Shown in pieces: positions 1 to 9,325 of a DNA stretch of 64,000 bases. The DNA comes from Sulfolobales archaeon (GTDB lineage Archaea; Thermoproteota; Thermoprotei_A; Sulfolobales; NBVN01). The notes beneath the pieces are model-generated. The model had not been told where the DNA came from. It saw only the letters and a list, made by a program, of their open reading frames with translations, and made no database searches. The position numbers and the translations under genes were made by a program. Position 1 is the first letter of the stretch. Every line of letters starts with the position of its first letter. The DNA is taken from contig JAWBTQ010000001.1 of the NCBI GenBank assembly GCA_038841535.1, forward strand, positions 160,001-224,000. Reading direction: 5' to 3'.

Positions 1-2
1 GA

Positions 3-641
3 TCATGCTTCTACCTTATTAGGGCACATCACAGAATATGCACAATATACACACTCCCAGCTGTACCTTGGGGCCTTCTTGGATGTAATCCTACTCACTA
101 CTTCGGTATCGTCCATTCTGTCCTCAACATAGAACTGCGCAATCCTAGCAGGGGTAACGTAGAGTAGTACTGCTCCACTAGAGTCTGTCAGCCAGTTGTA
201 CGCCCTGACTTGGTCTATGTGATGTTTTTGAGGTATATTCCTATCAGACCGCAAAGTTTTGACCTCTATAGCTACCCTCTCTTGTTCTCGGCTAAGAACT
301 ACGTCAAGCCTCCCCTTAACATAAACTACTGAACTATCCTCTAGTACAACATCTTTGAATACTTCCACTTCGGTCTCGACAGTATAACCCCGAGTTTGAA
401 TCAGCTCCTTCAATAAACTCTCTAGACCTCGGTGAAGTAGAGTACCGATTATAAGACTGGGCTTGAAGACCTCCTGAAGCGAGAGCTCGGGATACCTCTC
501 CTCGAACACTATCTTGAGAGGGCACCTAACTAAGTCAGTAACCCAGAAAACTCCTTTCTCTCTCTTATGCTTTTCTCTTTCAGCCTTAGTGTACGAGTAC
601 ATGAGTTGTACGACATCTACTGAGGAGTAACTCATCGACAT
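3..641 (-). CDS. Solo Cas4-like PD-(D/E)XK exonuclease with Fe-S cysteines
   Basis: N-terminal DLVRCP cysteine, GTLLH, GRLD...IEVKT nuclease motifs, QxxxY, C-terminal CVYCxxxxxC. The stop overlaps an ATG (atga), so the operon probably continues off-window. Confidence 0.85.
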   Translation of the reverse strand: MSMSYSSVDVVQLMYSYTKAEREKHKREKGVFWVTDLVRCPLKIVFEERYPELSLQEVFKPSLIIGTLLHRGLESLLKELIQTRGYTVETEVEVFKDVVLEDSSVVYVKGRLDVVLSREQERVAIEVKTLRSDRNIPQKHHIDQVRAYNWLTDSSGAVLLYVTPARIAQFYVEDRMDDTEVVSRITSKKAPRYSWECVYCAYSVMCPNKVEA

Positions 642-647
642 ACTCCT

Positions 648-1796
648 CTATTTCAACTTCACGTACGCAGTTAAATCGAACTCTACAGCTACTTTATTGC
701 TTCTAAAGTTCTCGAGCCTTCCTAGCCCAAGAACGAAGTAAGGTGATAGACCCTTCAAAAACACCTCAGCACTTAGCTTCTTACCCCCAACAACAACGCT
801 CTCAGCAGGTTTTTCAGTCCGAACCCTTAGTTTAACCAGCTTGAATCCTCTATAATCACCCACAACGCTCCCCCTTAGCAGAAGACTAGAAACCGAGCTA
901 AACTCCCTTTTAACACCCAGTAACTCCGCTAAGGAGCTAGCGATCGGTTCAACTAGGCTTAAGTATACTCCCATCTCGTCCCTTATCCTTAAGTAGTTTG
1001 AACCGTACAGTACTCCCAGCTCGTGAAGCTTGTAGACGGAGTCCATGGCTGAAGTAAGCATGTCGCCAACCGACCCCGGGGTATGCGAAACCAGAGAGTA
1101 CTCGTCCTTTACGCACGGCAACAGCTCTTCAGCTACGATGTTGAAGGCTCTTACTGACTCCATAATGTCGCTACCTGCTAGTTTCTCTATAGCAAATTTG
1201 GGGACGGCCCTGAGGGACTGTATGAAGAACGCATGTGGGCTGTATAAAGGCAAGATCTTGCGTGAAGCAGCGTAGAAGCCTCTCAGTATACTGAATACCT
1301 TAAGTGGGTTACCCGTTAGCGTAGCATAGTCTTTCTCCACTAGACTATTTACGTAGTTCTCGCTTATCTCGACAGCCCCGGCATTCCTCAAAGACTCTCG
1401 CAGTAGTTTATCTAAAACAACTAGCACATTAAACCACTCCGATCCTCTAAACACTAATCTCACGGAACTACTTACTAGAGAGAAAGGTATCCCCCTAGAC
1501 AGTCTATCTACTGCCTCACGACAGCCTAGGCACTCAATTCCAAAGAAGTCTCTAAATAGGTTTTGTATTCTCCTGCTGTGTCCGATAGTATCTCTACCTA
1601 TAACACCCATTACAATTTTCAATGACGATGGAGATGTGGGGGAGTTATTAATGAGCTCTACTAGTCTTGAGAGTCTGGAAGCTCTACCTGCGAGCTGGGT
1701 AACATCTGATTTAAAGAACTCCCTCAACTCCCTGTAACTAGTCTTCATAACGCCCTCTGCAGGTGTTCTTCGATCCTTTAACACCACTCTACTCAC
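648..1796 (-). CDS. Hypothetical protein (382 aa) upstream of cas4-like gene
   Basis: Long open frame 6 nt from the cas4-like start; no motif recognised. Confidence 0.75.
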   Translation of the reverse strand: MSRVVLKDRRTPAEGVMKTSYRELREFFKSDVTQLAGRASRLSRLVELINNSPTSPSSLKIVMGVIGRDTIGHSRRIQNLFRDFFGIECLGCREAVDRLSRGIPFSLVSSSVRLVFRGSEWFNVLVVLDKLLRESLRNAGAVEISENYVNSLVEKDYATLTGNPLKVFSILRGFYAASRKILPLYSPHAFFIQSLRAVPKFAIEKLAGSDIMESVRAFNIVAEELLPCVKDEYSLVSHTPGSVGDMLTSAMDSVYKLHELGVLYGSNYLRIRDEMGVYLSLVEPIASSLAELLGVKREFSSVSSLLLRGSVVGDYRGFKLVKLRVRTEKPAESVVVGGKKLSAEVFLKGLSPYFVLGLGRLENFRSNKVAVEFDLTAYVKLK

Positions 1797-2087
1797 TACA
1801 ACATAAACTCGGGTGGCCCAATTTTAACCAATCGTGTAGGACCTTGACCGGGTTTGGGCTCACTTTGTTTTATCAGTTACTTGACTAATGTCGACGCAAG
1901 TTTAAACCCTTCTTTGCCTTATCGCTTGTAGGCTGTCTATAGGGTTTCAGCGACTTGAAACCGTGAGAGTAGCGCACTTCAAGACCTAAACGAGCATCGG
2001 TAATAGTGCGATGGGATTGGCTAGCGATTAAGTTGCGTGCGAGTCAGACGCTAACTCCGCGTTAAGAAAACTTTTCTGGTATCCCGG

Positions 2088-2102
2088 CGAAAAGTTTATA
2101 AT
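2088..2102 (+). promoter_or_regulatory. BRE/TATA promoter of tRNA-Phe
   Basis: cgaaaag-tttataat ending about 26 nt upstream of the tRNA 5' end. Confidence 0.7.
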
Positions 2103-2127
2103 TACTCAGGTTAGCTATTTCTATGGT

Positions 2128-2212
2128 GCCGCCGTAGCTCAGCCTGGGAGAGCACCCGGCTGAAGGTCTCCGGGAGACCGGGGTGTCGGGGGTTCAAATC
2201 CCCCCGGCGGCA
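2128..2212 (+). tRNA. tRNA-Phe(GAA) with an 11-nt insertion (probable intron, ~2166-2176, position 37/38)
   Basis: Acceptor GCCGCCG/CGGCGGC-A, D arm GCTC/GAGC, anticodon stem CCCGG/CCGGG with CT-GAA-G, T arm GGGGG-TTCAAAT-CCCCC. Removing gtctccgggag restores a 7-nt loop. Confidence 0.9.
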
Positions 2213-2705
2213 CTTTTACGCATAAAACCTCAACTCTATTCAAGTATCCGGCTTCTGCGAATCCTTCTGGGCAGCGAGCTCTCCTGTCTCTGCATAGAAG
2301 TGTCACAGCTGCCTCCTCGATATTGCTCATGTCTATCACGCTCAATAAAGGCTTAATGGTTCCATAGTCGCATGCATAGAGAGTGAAAGCATATAGATGT
2401 GTAAAACCAGGTTTCTCTCTCAGTGGCGGGTACTCGGCATCCGCAGCTACTACCTCTACAATTCCAGAGCTTCGATACCTGTGCCTTAACTCTCTTAGAG
2501 ACCTATAGCTGATATCTATCCCCACGTAGATCTCTGGCTCTACGCGTAGGTATTTGAGCAAGTAGCCGTAGAAAAGTCCAACTCCGCACCCGACATCGAG
2601 AACTCTACCTTTAGGTCTAGTTCTAACGGCGGCAGAGTATTTAGCTAGTTGTTCACTTCCGTAAAGCTCATCATAAGACCTTGCTATGGTGTTGTAGTAG
2701 TTCAT
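2139..2705 (-). CDS. Class I SAM-dependent methyltransferase
   Basis: YNTIARSYDELY, VLDVGCGVG, GIDIS and ADAE motifs. Start placed at MNYY; the 3' end overlaps tRNA-Phe antisense. Confidence 0.8.
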   Translation of the reverse strand: MNYYNTIARSYDELYGSEQLAKYSAAVRTRPKGRVLDVGCGVGLFYGYLLKYLRVEPEIYVGIDISYRSLRELRHRYRSSGIVEVVAADAEYPPLREKPGFTHLYAFTLYACDYGTIKPLLSVIDMSNIEEAAVTLLCRDRRARCPEGFAEAGYLNRVEVLCVKVPPGGFEPPTPRSPGDLQPGALPG

Positions 2706-2794
2706 CGTCGAGTACTTTAAGGAAGTAGGAGTGCGGTCCACGTACTGCGATGAGGTTTTACTACACGTGCTGTACTTTGCCATACTCCATACCT

Positions 2795-3070
2795 TCACAA
2801 TGGCCTGAGAGCTGCGTAAACGAAGTTAAAAACAGCTACCCAAGAGATAAATGTAATCGATAGATAGAAGAATATTCCTTCTCGAATTGAACACCTAGAC
2901 CTTGACACCCGGGAGGCGGGTATGTGTGCGAAAAAGGGAGAAGTTAGGTAGAGAGCTACCGTAACGTAGTGAAACAAGTCTGATGACCAGTATGTGGCTA
3001 GTAGAGAAAATATAGCTAGTAAAACCCCAGTAATAGCTCCCACTAGTGCCTTAGATGACGCGCAGTCCAA
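2795..3070 (-). CDS. Small membrane protein
   Basis: Three hydrophobic segments in 91 aa. Confidence 0.55.
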   Translation of the reverse strand: MDCASSKALVGAITGVLLAIFSLLATYWSSDLFHYVTVALYLTSPFFAHIPASRVSRSRCSIREGIFFYLSITFISWVAVFNFVYAALRPL

Positions 3071-3165
3071 AGCTTAAGCACCCGACTCACAGCCTACTCT
3101 TGATTTTCCTGAGGAACACTTATAAGTCTTACCTTGCGCGGCTTCTAAACTGAAAACTACGTATA

Positions 3166-3408
3166 CTACGAATACTTAAGCCTCACTAAACTCAACTGCT
3201 TGTAGAAAGTTCTTAATGCGTCGTACGCTTTCTTCAAGCTCGCAGATAGGTCTTCTAGAGCTCTTGTTTTTTCTACGTCCTTCGATACCTTACTTTCAGA
3301 TATAGCGTACCTTAAGTCGTCTTCCAGGGCTTCCATGTCTCTTAATAAAGACTCGACTTCGTTAGCAACTCTATCTATTTTAATCATGAAATGTTTCTCG
3401 GACGACAT
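3166..3408 (-). CDS. Small coiled-coil hypothetical protein
   Basis: Heptad-rich 80 aa ORF with AT-rich upstream region. Confidence 0.65.
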   Translation of the reverse strand: MSSEKHFMIKIDRVANEVESLLRDMEALEDDLRYAISESKVSKDVEKTRALEDLSASLKKAYDALRTFYKQLSLVRLKYS

Positions 3409-3546
3409 ACCTAAGCCCCAATTTTTATGACTTAAACAGTATTTAATTTAAAGACTTACAGTAGAGACTAACTCAATTTCAGCTCTAAAAAAGCTTAATC
3501 TCTAAAGCTATTATCGGTTCTAACTTTTAGTACTGGGAACATCGAC

Positions 3547-4053
3547 ATGCTAGCTATAGCTGAATTCTCTGGGCTTTGTCGAGGAAACCCAGTGAGGGTC
3601 TCCAGGAACCTGGAGATATTAGGTGGCCGCGTAGTGTCTTACGATCCTGGGACGAGTGTAGTTATGGGTACATTCAAAGTCGACATGCTGGACCTTCAAG
3701 ACCTCGAGAAAAAGAAGAGGTTCTTCATAGAGCACGTACTTAGAGATTTAGCTGACTGCAGGCTATGGGTCAAGATGGTCTTGAGCTCTGATCTATGTGC
3801 TCGTTTTCGCAGAGTGAGCATGGTGCGAATATCTTCAAGCACTTCTGAAGCCCTAGTAGTCAAGCTAAAGAACTACGTGTATGCTCTATGGTGCCGGGGC
3901 GAAGCCCGCACTGCTAGGTTAACGATGATATCGAACACGACTAATTGGCGCCATGGAGAGCTTGTAGAAATAGCACACACCTGCGAAAAAATGCCGAAGC
4001 TGCTTGATGATATTAGAGAGGACCTTATGATGGTGATAGGAGATATCCGGTAG
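3547..4053 (+). CDS. Hypothetical protein
   Basis: 168 aa ORF with ATG start, no competing ORF. Confidence 0.6.
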   Translation: MLAIAEFSGLCRGNPVRVSRNLEILGGRVVSYDPGTSVVMGTFKVDMLDLQDLEKKKRFFIEHVLRDLADCRLWVKMVLSSDLCARFRRVSMVRISSSTSEALVVKLKNYVYALWCRGEARTARLTMISNTTNWRHGELVEIAHTCEKMPKLLDDIREDLMMVIGDIR

Positions 4054-4157
4054 ATAGCGGTGAGTGCGAGAATATCTAAAGCAAGCTCGTCGCGACCTTA
4101 CGTATACCCTAGTAGAAGCAGGTGCTTAATCTAGTTTAAGTGCTTATCGCAGAGAGT

Positions 4158-5207
4158 TTACCTATATTCCTCTAGGTACTTCTCTCCTTCTGTGTCTTCC
4201 TCCTCCCAAGCTTTCGGGCAACCCTTCCCGTACCTTATTGCGGGTTTCTCCAGCCTAGTCAGTAACGCTACCCTTGAGGGTCTAGAGCTGGAGACGAGCT
4301 TATAGCTAGATGCGTCAGCGAGTTTTTTAGCAAACTCCATTACTTCTTCGTAACTTGGCATGCTACTCCTGGAGAGCCTACTTATTGACGCTCCAACGTG
4401 CATGTATGCCTTAGTCTCAACGAAAGTCGGATTTGCTATGTCAATGAGTTTAGCGAAACCAGCGACATCGGCATCTCTCATATTGTAGCCCTTTATCATG
4501 GTAAACCTGATCACTGTCCTAGTGCTGAGAGATCGAAGAAGCTCTAAAGTTCGGAGAGTGAGTTTCCAGAGATTGGCTCCCATAGGCCTATTAAACTCTC
4601 GATACATCTCTTCGCTCCACGTTTCGAGTGAGACATAGAGCTGTGTAGGTTCTTCCTCGAGGTTGATTAGTACGTCCGGTCTAATACCCCTAGTTACTAG
4701 AAAAGTCGTTAGCCCTTTTCTGTGGAAAATCTCAATTAGCTCCCCAAGCCTCGGGTAAAGAGTTGACTCACCAGTTAGGGAAATAGCAACATGCTTAGGG
4801 TCTATAGCTTCTTTATACTTTTCTCTAGGTACCCTCTTGGCATAACCGCTAACAGTCCTCCGATGCTCTAGAATAGCCATCTCAGCAAGAAACTCCGGGT
4901 CTTCGACGTAGGGTAGCGTAATGAGCTCTGGACCCTCTAAACCATAGTCAAAAGGTCTCGCTCTCCAGCAGTGGAGACAGGAATTCCAGCACCACGATAC
5001 TGCTGGACTAAACTGAATGCATCTATGCGACTCAATACCGTAGAACCTGCACTTATAGCAGAACTTGTTGTAAACTAGTGCGTTATGAACCCAGAGACAC
5101 TTCTTCACTGCTGCGTGGCTACCTATCAGGTGGTATCCCTGCTTCTTCAGCTTATCGAGCATTCTAGTTAGAGGATCAACCCAGTTTATTTGCTCACTAA
5201 ACAGCAT
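4158..5207 (-). CDS. taw1: 4-demethylwyosine synthase (TYW1/Taw1, radical SAM)
   Basis: GSHAAVKKCLW, CYKCRFYGIESHRC, CxxxCxxCWR, AISLTGE, ETKAYMHVG motifs. Start approximate. Confidence 0.93.
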   Translation of the reverse strand: MLFSEQINWVDPLTRMLDKLKKQGYHLIGSHAAVKKCLWVHNALVYNKFCYKCRFYGIESHRCIQFSPAVSWCWNSCLHCWRARPFDYGLEGPELITLPYVEDPEFLAEMAILEHRRTVSGYAKRVPREKYKEAIDPKHVAISLTGESTLYPRLGELIEIFHRKGLTTFLVTRGIRPDVLINLEEEPTQLYVSLETWSEEMYREFNRPMGANLWKLTLRTLELLRSLSTRTVIRFTMIKGYNMRDADVAGFAKLIDIANPTFVETKAYMHVGASISRLSRSSMPSYEEVMEFAKKLADASSYKLVSSSRPSRVALLTRLEKPAIRYGKGCPKAWEEEDTEGEKYLEEYR

Positions 5208-5602
5208 ACCGGCAATACTACCCAAAGTACTCGCCTTTAGGCGAATATATACCAAGCAACTCCAACACACCTCTCGGTAATATACTGTCCTTACTCCAGG
5301 CTGACCTAGACCTGCCCTATAGCTTCATTACATTCACCTGAGATGGTCTACGTTGTCCATGGATGTCGGAAAAGGGAATCTAGTCACTAGTTAATTTATA
5401 GAAAGAGAAAATCTGTTGACTTAAATCTGAGTACTGTTGGAATGGCGAGATGCCGGAATAGCTAGAGACTTACCCGAATCGCTTTTCGAGGATTCTTTAA
5501 GTGGTTTAAGTTCAGCCTTCTCTGGCTTATATATGCTTTTGTAGATAGGTTCGTGCTAAAAAAATATATACCTGATCCAACTAGATCGGTTTGGGTACTA
5601 GT

Positions 5603-6646
5603 ATGAGAGAAGTTAGGAGAGTCCAGAAATTCGGTAAATCGACCTTGATGGTTTCACTCCCCGCAGAGTGGGTTAGGTCTATTGGGCTACGACCAGGTGA
5701 CCCTGTCTCTATAGACATACTAGAAGATAACTCTGTTAGAGTGTCACCTCTATCAGCAGGTAAGCAGAGTAAGGAGTTCTTGACCTCCATTAATGTAGGT
5801 AAAAATGCGTCAGAGTCTCTTTTGGGTAGAGTTATATACGCTCTGTACTTACTGGGAGTCGATAGAATCGAAGTTCTGAGTGAGGAAAGCGTTATGCCAG
5901 AAAACCTACTTAGGTCTTTAAGGAACGTCGCTAAAACCTTGATAGGTGTGGAGATAACTGAGTACTCTCCGAGTAGGATCGTGCTTCAGATACTCATCGA
6001 CTCCAGTAAGTACTCGGCTATAGCAGTAATCAATAGAATGCTTGAGCTAGTTCGATCTATGTTCGAGTACATCGAGACATACGTGGCCTCCGGGGCAGTA
6101 CACTTACTACAAGAAGTCCAGGAGCTAGAGATAGAGGTCGACAGACTCAACGCCCTGATCGTTAGGCAGCTAGTCGACTTAATAAAGCATAAGGGACTAG
6201 CAAAGCAGTTGGGGGTTAGAGACACTCTCGCGACAGAGTATAGGAGTATAGCGAAATCCCTTGAAGAAGCAGCAGACTCCCTATCTGAGATAGCAGTTAT
6301 ACTGCAGGAACGCGGGCCGGTTTTACTGGAGAAAATGAGGAGGGAGATAAGTGTCTTAAGCGAGTGTATAGACATGGCCGTACTAATAATAGACAGGATA
6401 ATCAAGACGCTAAACTATGAAGACCTAGCTCTAGCTAACGAGTTACTAGATTTAGTAGCCGAGTACAGAGGCCACTTCAAAAAATACGCTGACCTAATGT
6501 ACAAGACCCTCGGGCTAGACGAGATGTACCTCAGCATAAAAGACATGCTTGAGAGATTCGCTGTAGCAGGAAAGTCCCTCGAGTCGATAGCGGAGAGCGT
6601 GTTCGACATAAACGTGTGGAGGTCTCCAGAGTTAATAAAGCTCTAG
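5603..6646 (+). CDS. PhoU-family regulator with N-terminal AbrB domain
   Basis: RRVQKFGKSTLMVSLPAEW AbrB motif followed by two PhoU-like repeats (ELEIEVDRL). Confidence 0.88.
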   Translation: MREVRRVQKFGKSTLMVSLPAEWVRSIGLRPGDPVSIDILEDNSVRVSPLSAGKQSKEFLTSINVGKNASESLLGRVIYALYLLGVDRIEVLSEESVMPENLLRSLRNVAKTLIGVEITEYSPSRIVLQILIDSSKYSAIAVINRMLELVRSMFEYIETYVASGAVHLLQEVQELEIEVDRLNALIVRQLVDLIKHKGLAKQLGVRDTLATEYRSIAKSLEEAADSLSEIAVILQERGPVLLEKMRREISVLSECIDMAVLIIDRIIKTLNYEDLALANELLDLVAEYRGHFKKYADLMYKTLGLDEMYLSIKDMLERFAVAGKSLESIAESVFDINVWRSPELIKL

Positions 6647-6696
6647 AACAAGAAGACAAAAGTTTAATACTTCAAAAAACGTAACCTAAACCCGGT

Positions 6697-6774
6697 GGCT
6701 CCGGTAGCTCAGCGGGGTAGAGCGCGGGGCTGTGGACCCCGAGGTCCCGGGTTCAAGTCCCGGCCGGAGCCCCA
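6697..6774 (+). tRNA. tRNA-His(GTG), with G-1 and CCA genome-encoded
   Basis: G-GCTCCGG...CGGGG-CT-GTG-GA-CCCCG...CCGGG-TTCAAGT-CCCGG-CCGGAGC-C-CCA. Confidence 0.96.
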
Positions 6775-6812
6775 CTTAATACTTCCCATACTAGATTCGG
6801 TATCGCGTAGCA

Positions 6813-7844
6813 CTAGACTTCTTTACCTGCTGAGTAGTAGCTGAAAGCAGGTAATTCGCCGAACCTAGATAGCTCTACTATAGGCTTATCTGTTGGCACT
6901 ATTCTTACACCGTAGGGTCTTTTCTTAATCGAGAACGCTGTGTACGTATCTGTGAACAAATTCTTTAAGTAGTTGAGGTCTCTTGGCACTGCGACCATAT
7001 CTAACCCGGCTACACAAGCTGTGCTTAGTCCTATAAGGTCCTCTAGCCTTAGTTTTCCTCTTTTCACAAGCTCCTTCAATTTATTGTCTTCAGCTACCGG
7101 CATCATAAGCTCGTTAAACCCCGTGCTCTCGATGTTGCTCGATGCTTCAGTAAGTACGCGGTTTAATCTATATACAGCACCTAGAGTTCCTACCACAGGA
7201 AATACAGCACCCAGCCTCTCGATGACGTCAACAGAGCTCTCAACCATCCATGGAGAAATAGATACATCATGGTAAACTTTCAATCCAGTTTCACTAGCTA
7301 TATCCCTAATGGAAATACTCACTTTTTTCGTCAACTCCTGGATTACCGTGGTCCACTGCTTTGGTTCTGATGAAAGCAGTAGATCGATGTAGCGATATGC
7401 TATAGATACGGAGTCCTCAAAGGCTGTCGATATTGGAAAATACGGAGTCTGTATGTAGCCCCCGTAGCTAACACCGATTCTAGTAAAATAATCTTCACTT
7501 AATGCTTTCGATAACTCTATATAGAGCCAAGAGAGGTAATCTAGGTTTTCTTCCGACGCCAGGATAGTCGCATAACTGCTTCCGCACTTCTTAAGGTATT
7601 CTACTAGCTCCGGAACTTTCACATCATCCGCACTCCTATGGTAGGCTGCAAGCATTAACCTATCACCACAGTAACTGATTACCTCTCTCCAATCGAAATC
7701 TTCACTAAATGACACTCTGAGAGTCCAAACTGAGATGCCCTGAGCCTCTAAGGACTTCTTAAATCCTTCTAAGAGACTAACTATTTCCTGCGTTTTATAC
7801 TTCTCAGATTTAACGTGTAGAGTTAGTGCTCTAACGATAGGCAT
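6813..7844 (-). CDS. DUF711-family protein
   Basis: IVRALTLH start, TPYFP, D.SISPWM.ESS, GFNELMMPVAED, CVAGLDMV motifs. Start moved to MPIVR. Confidence 0.8.
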   Translation of the reverse strand: MPIVRALTLHVKSEKYKTQEIVSLLEGFKKSLEAQGISVWTLRVSFSEDFDWREVISYCGDRLMLAAYHRSADDVKVPELVEYLKKCGSSYATILASEENLDYLSWLYIELSKALSEDYFTRIGVSYGGYIQTPYFPISTAFEDSVSIAYRYIDLLLSSEPKQWTTVIQELTKKVSISIRDIASETGLKVYHDVSISPWMVESSVDVIERLGAVFPVVGTLGAVYRLNRVLTEASSNIESTGFNELMMPVAEDNKLKELVKRGKLRLEDLIGLSTACVAGLDMVAVPRDLNYLKNLFTDTYTAFSIKKRPYGVRIVPTDKPIVELSRFGELPAFSYYSAGKEV

Positions 7845-7919
7845 GGTGAGTACCAGATATATTGACTGGAATACATAATAAACATATAAATTTGCGCTTA
7901 ACGTAGTGCTAGGATACAT

Positions 7920-9284
7920 ATGGAGTTCAATAAGCTGGATTCTTTTGTTATAGATAAGATGTCTCAAACTAAGATTCCTGGACTATCACTTACGATAGTA
8001 AAGAATGGGGAAGTAGTGTACTCGCGGAGTTACGGGTTTAAAGACGTTGAGAGAGGGCTACCTCCAACCTCTAGAACTATTTACGGTATCGGCTCAGTTA
8101 CTAAGTCTTTTACAGCACTTGCCATACTGAAGCTAGTTGAAAACGGTAAGCTATCTCTTGATGATGAGGTCTCGAGGTTCGTCCCAATAAAGCTGGAAGC
8201 TATGGGGAAACCTATTAGAATACACCACTTACTCACACACTCTAGCGGTATCCCGGCATTAGCATATGCTGAAGCATTCATCAGGGGCTCTCTAGGTCTT
8301 GACTCGCAGTGGCTCCCTGTATCGACACCTGAGGACGTAATTTCGTTTATGTCAGATTACGAGTCGTGGGTCCACTCCGAGCCAGGCACTAAGTATTTTT
8401 ACTTAAACGAGGGATACGTCCTCCTAGGCTATATAATCTCTAAAATTAGTGGAGCAAGCTATGAAGACTTCGTGAGGGCGAGCATTCTAAAACCCCTCGG
8501 GATGGAGAGGACTTACATCGAGGAGCACGAAGTATCGAGAGACCCGGACGTGGCGGTACCTTACATCATAGATAGAGAAGGAAAGCACGTAAAGAGCAGG
8601 TTTCCCTTTGGTATAAAAGCGGATGGAGGGTTGCTGAGTAATTGCGAAGATATGGCTAAGTACTTGATGATGCTAATAGAGAGGGGTTACTACAGTGGGT
8701 CAGAGGTTGTAAGTCGCAGTAGTATTGAACTAATGGAGAGAAAATACATAAAGATACCTTCTGGACTGTTTAAGGACGACTCGTATGGCTATGGATTGAC
8801 CATAACGGACGAATTCTTCGGTAGGAGATTAGTCCGCCACAGCGGGTCTGTCCTCGTATACACGGCGTTCATGGGTTATGTGCCGGGTGATAGATTGGGA
8901 GTAGTAGTTTTAGCGAACGCTAGTGGTTACCCGCTATCCTTCATAGGAATATATGCTTTAGCCCTCGCGGTAGGCTATGACCCTGAGAGCTCTCTCTACT
9001 TTATAAAGCAAGATAAAATTATAGACAAGCTCACTGGTACATACGAAACCTATAGAGGAACCTATAGGGTCTACGTTAGAAGAATGGGAGACTTCTTAGC
9101 TATTGAGTACAAAGACAAGTATAGAGAGGCCGTAACTCCATTAGTGCCGCTTGAAGTAAGCGATGAATACGTCAAGTACTATACCGTTAGCTTCGGTAGT
9201 AGGGTCGACGTAGAGTTCTTCATAGAGAAAGATAGAGTTACTATGGTGTACGAGCGCTATAAGCTAGTTAAGAAGTCTGCATAA
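7920..9284 (+). CDS. Serine hydrolase, beta-lactamase/Pab87 peptidase family
   Basis: SVTK (SxxK), LLTHSSG, YLN (YxN), HSG motifs plus C-terminal beta domain. Confidence 0.92.
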   Translation: MEFNKLDSFVIDKMSQTKIPGLSLTIVKNGEVVYSRSYGFKDVERGLPPTSRTIYGIGSVTKSFTALAILKLVENGKLSLDDEVSRFVPIKLEAMGKPIRIHHLLTHSSGIPALAYAEAFIRGSLGLDSQWLPVSTPEDVISFMSDYESWVHSEPGTKYFYLNEGYVLLGYIISKISGASYEDFVRASILKPLGMERTYIEEHEVSRDPDVAVPYIIDREGKHVKSRFPFGIKADGGLLSNCEDMAKYLMMLIERGYYSGSEVVSRSSIELMERKYIKIPSGLFKDDSYGYGLTITDEFFGRRLVRHSGSVLVYTAFMGYVPGDRLGVVVLANASGYPLSFIGIYALALAVGYDPESSLYFIKQDKIIDKLTGTYETYRGTYRVYVRRMGDFLAIEYKDKYREAVTPLVPLEVSDEYVKYYTVSFGSRVDVEFFIEKDRVTMVYERYKLVKKSA

Positions 9285-9325
9285 AGAGGTGCTGGCGAGC
9301 TAGTTTCAAGGTAGTTCGTTCAGAG

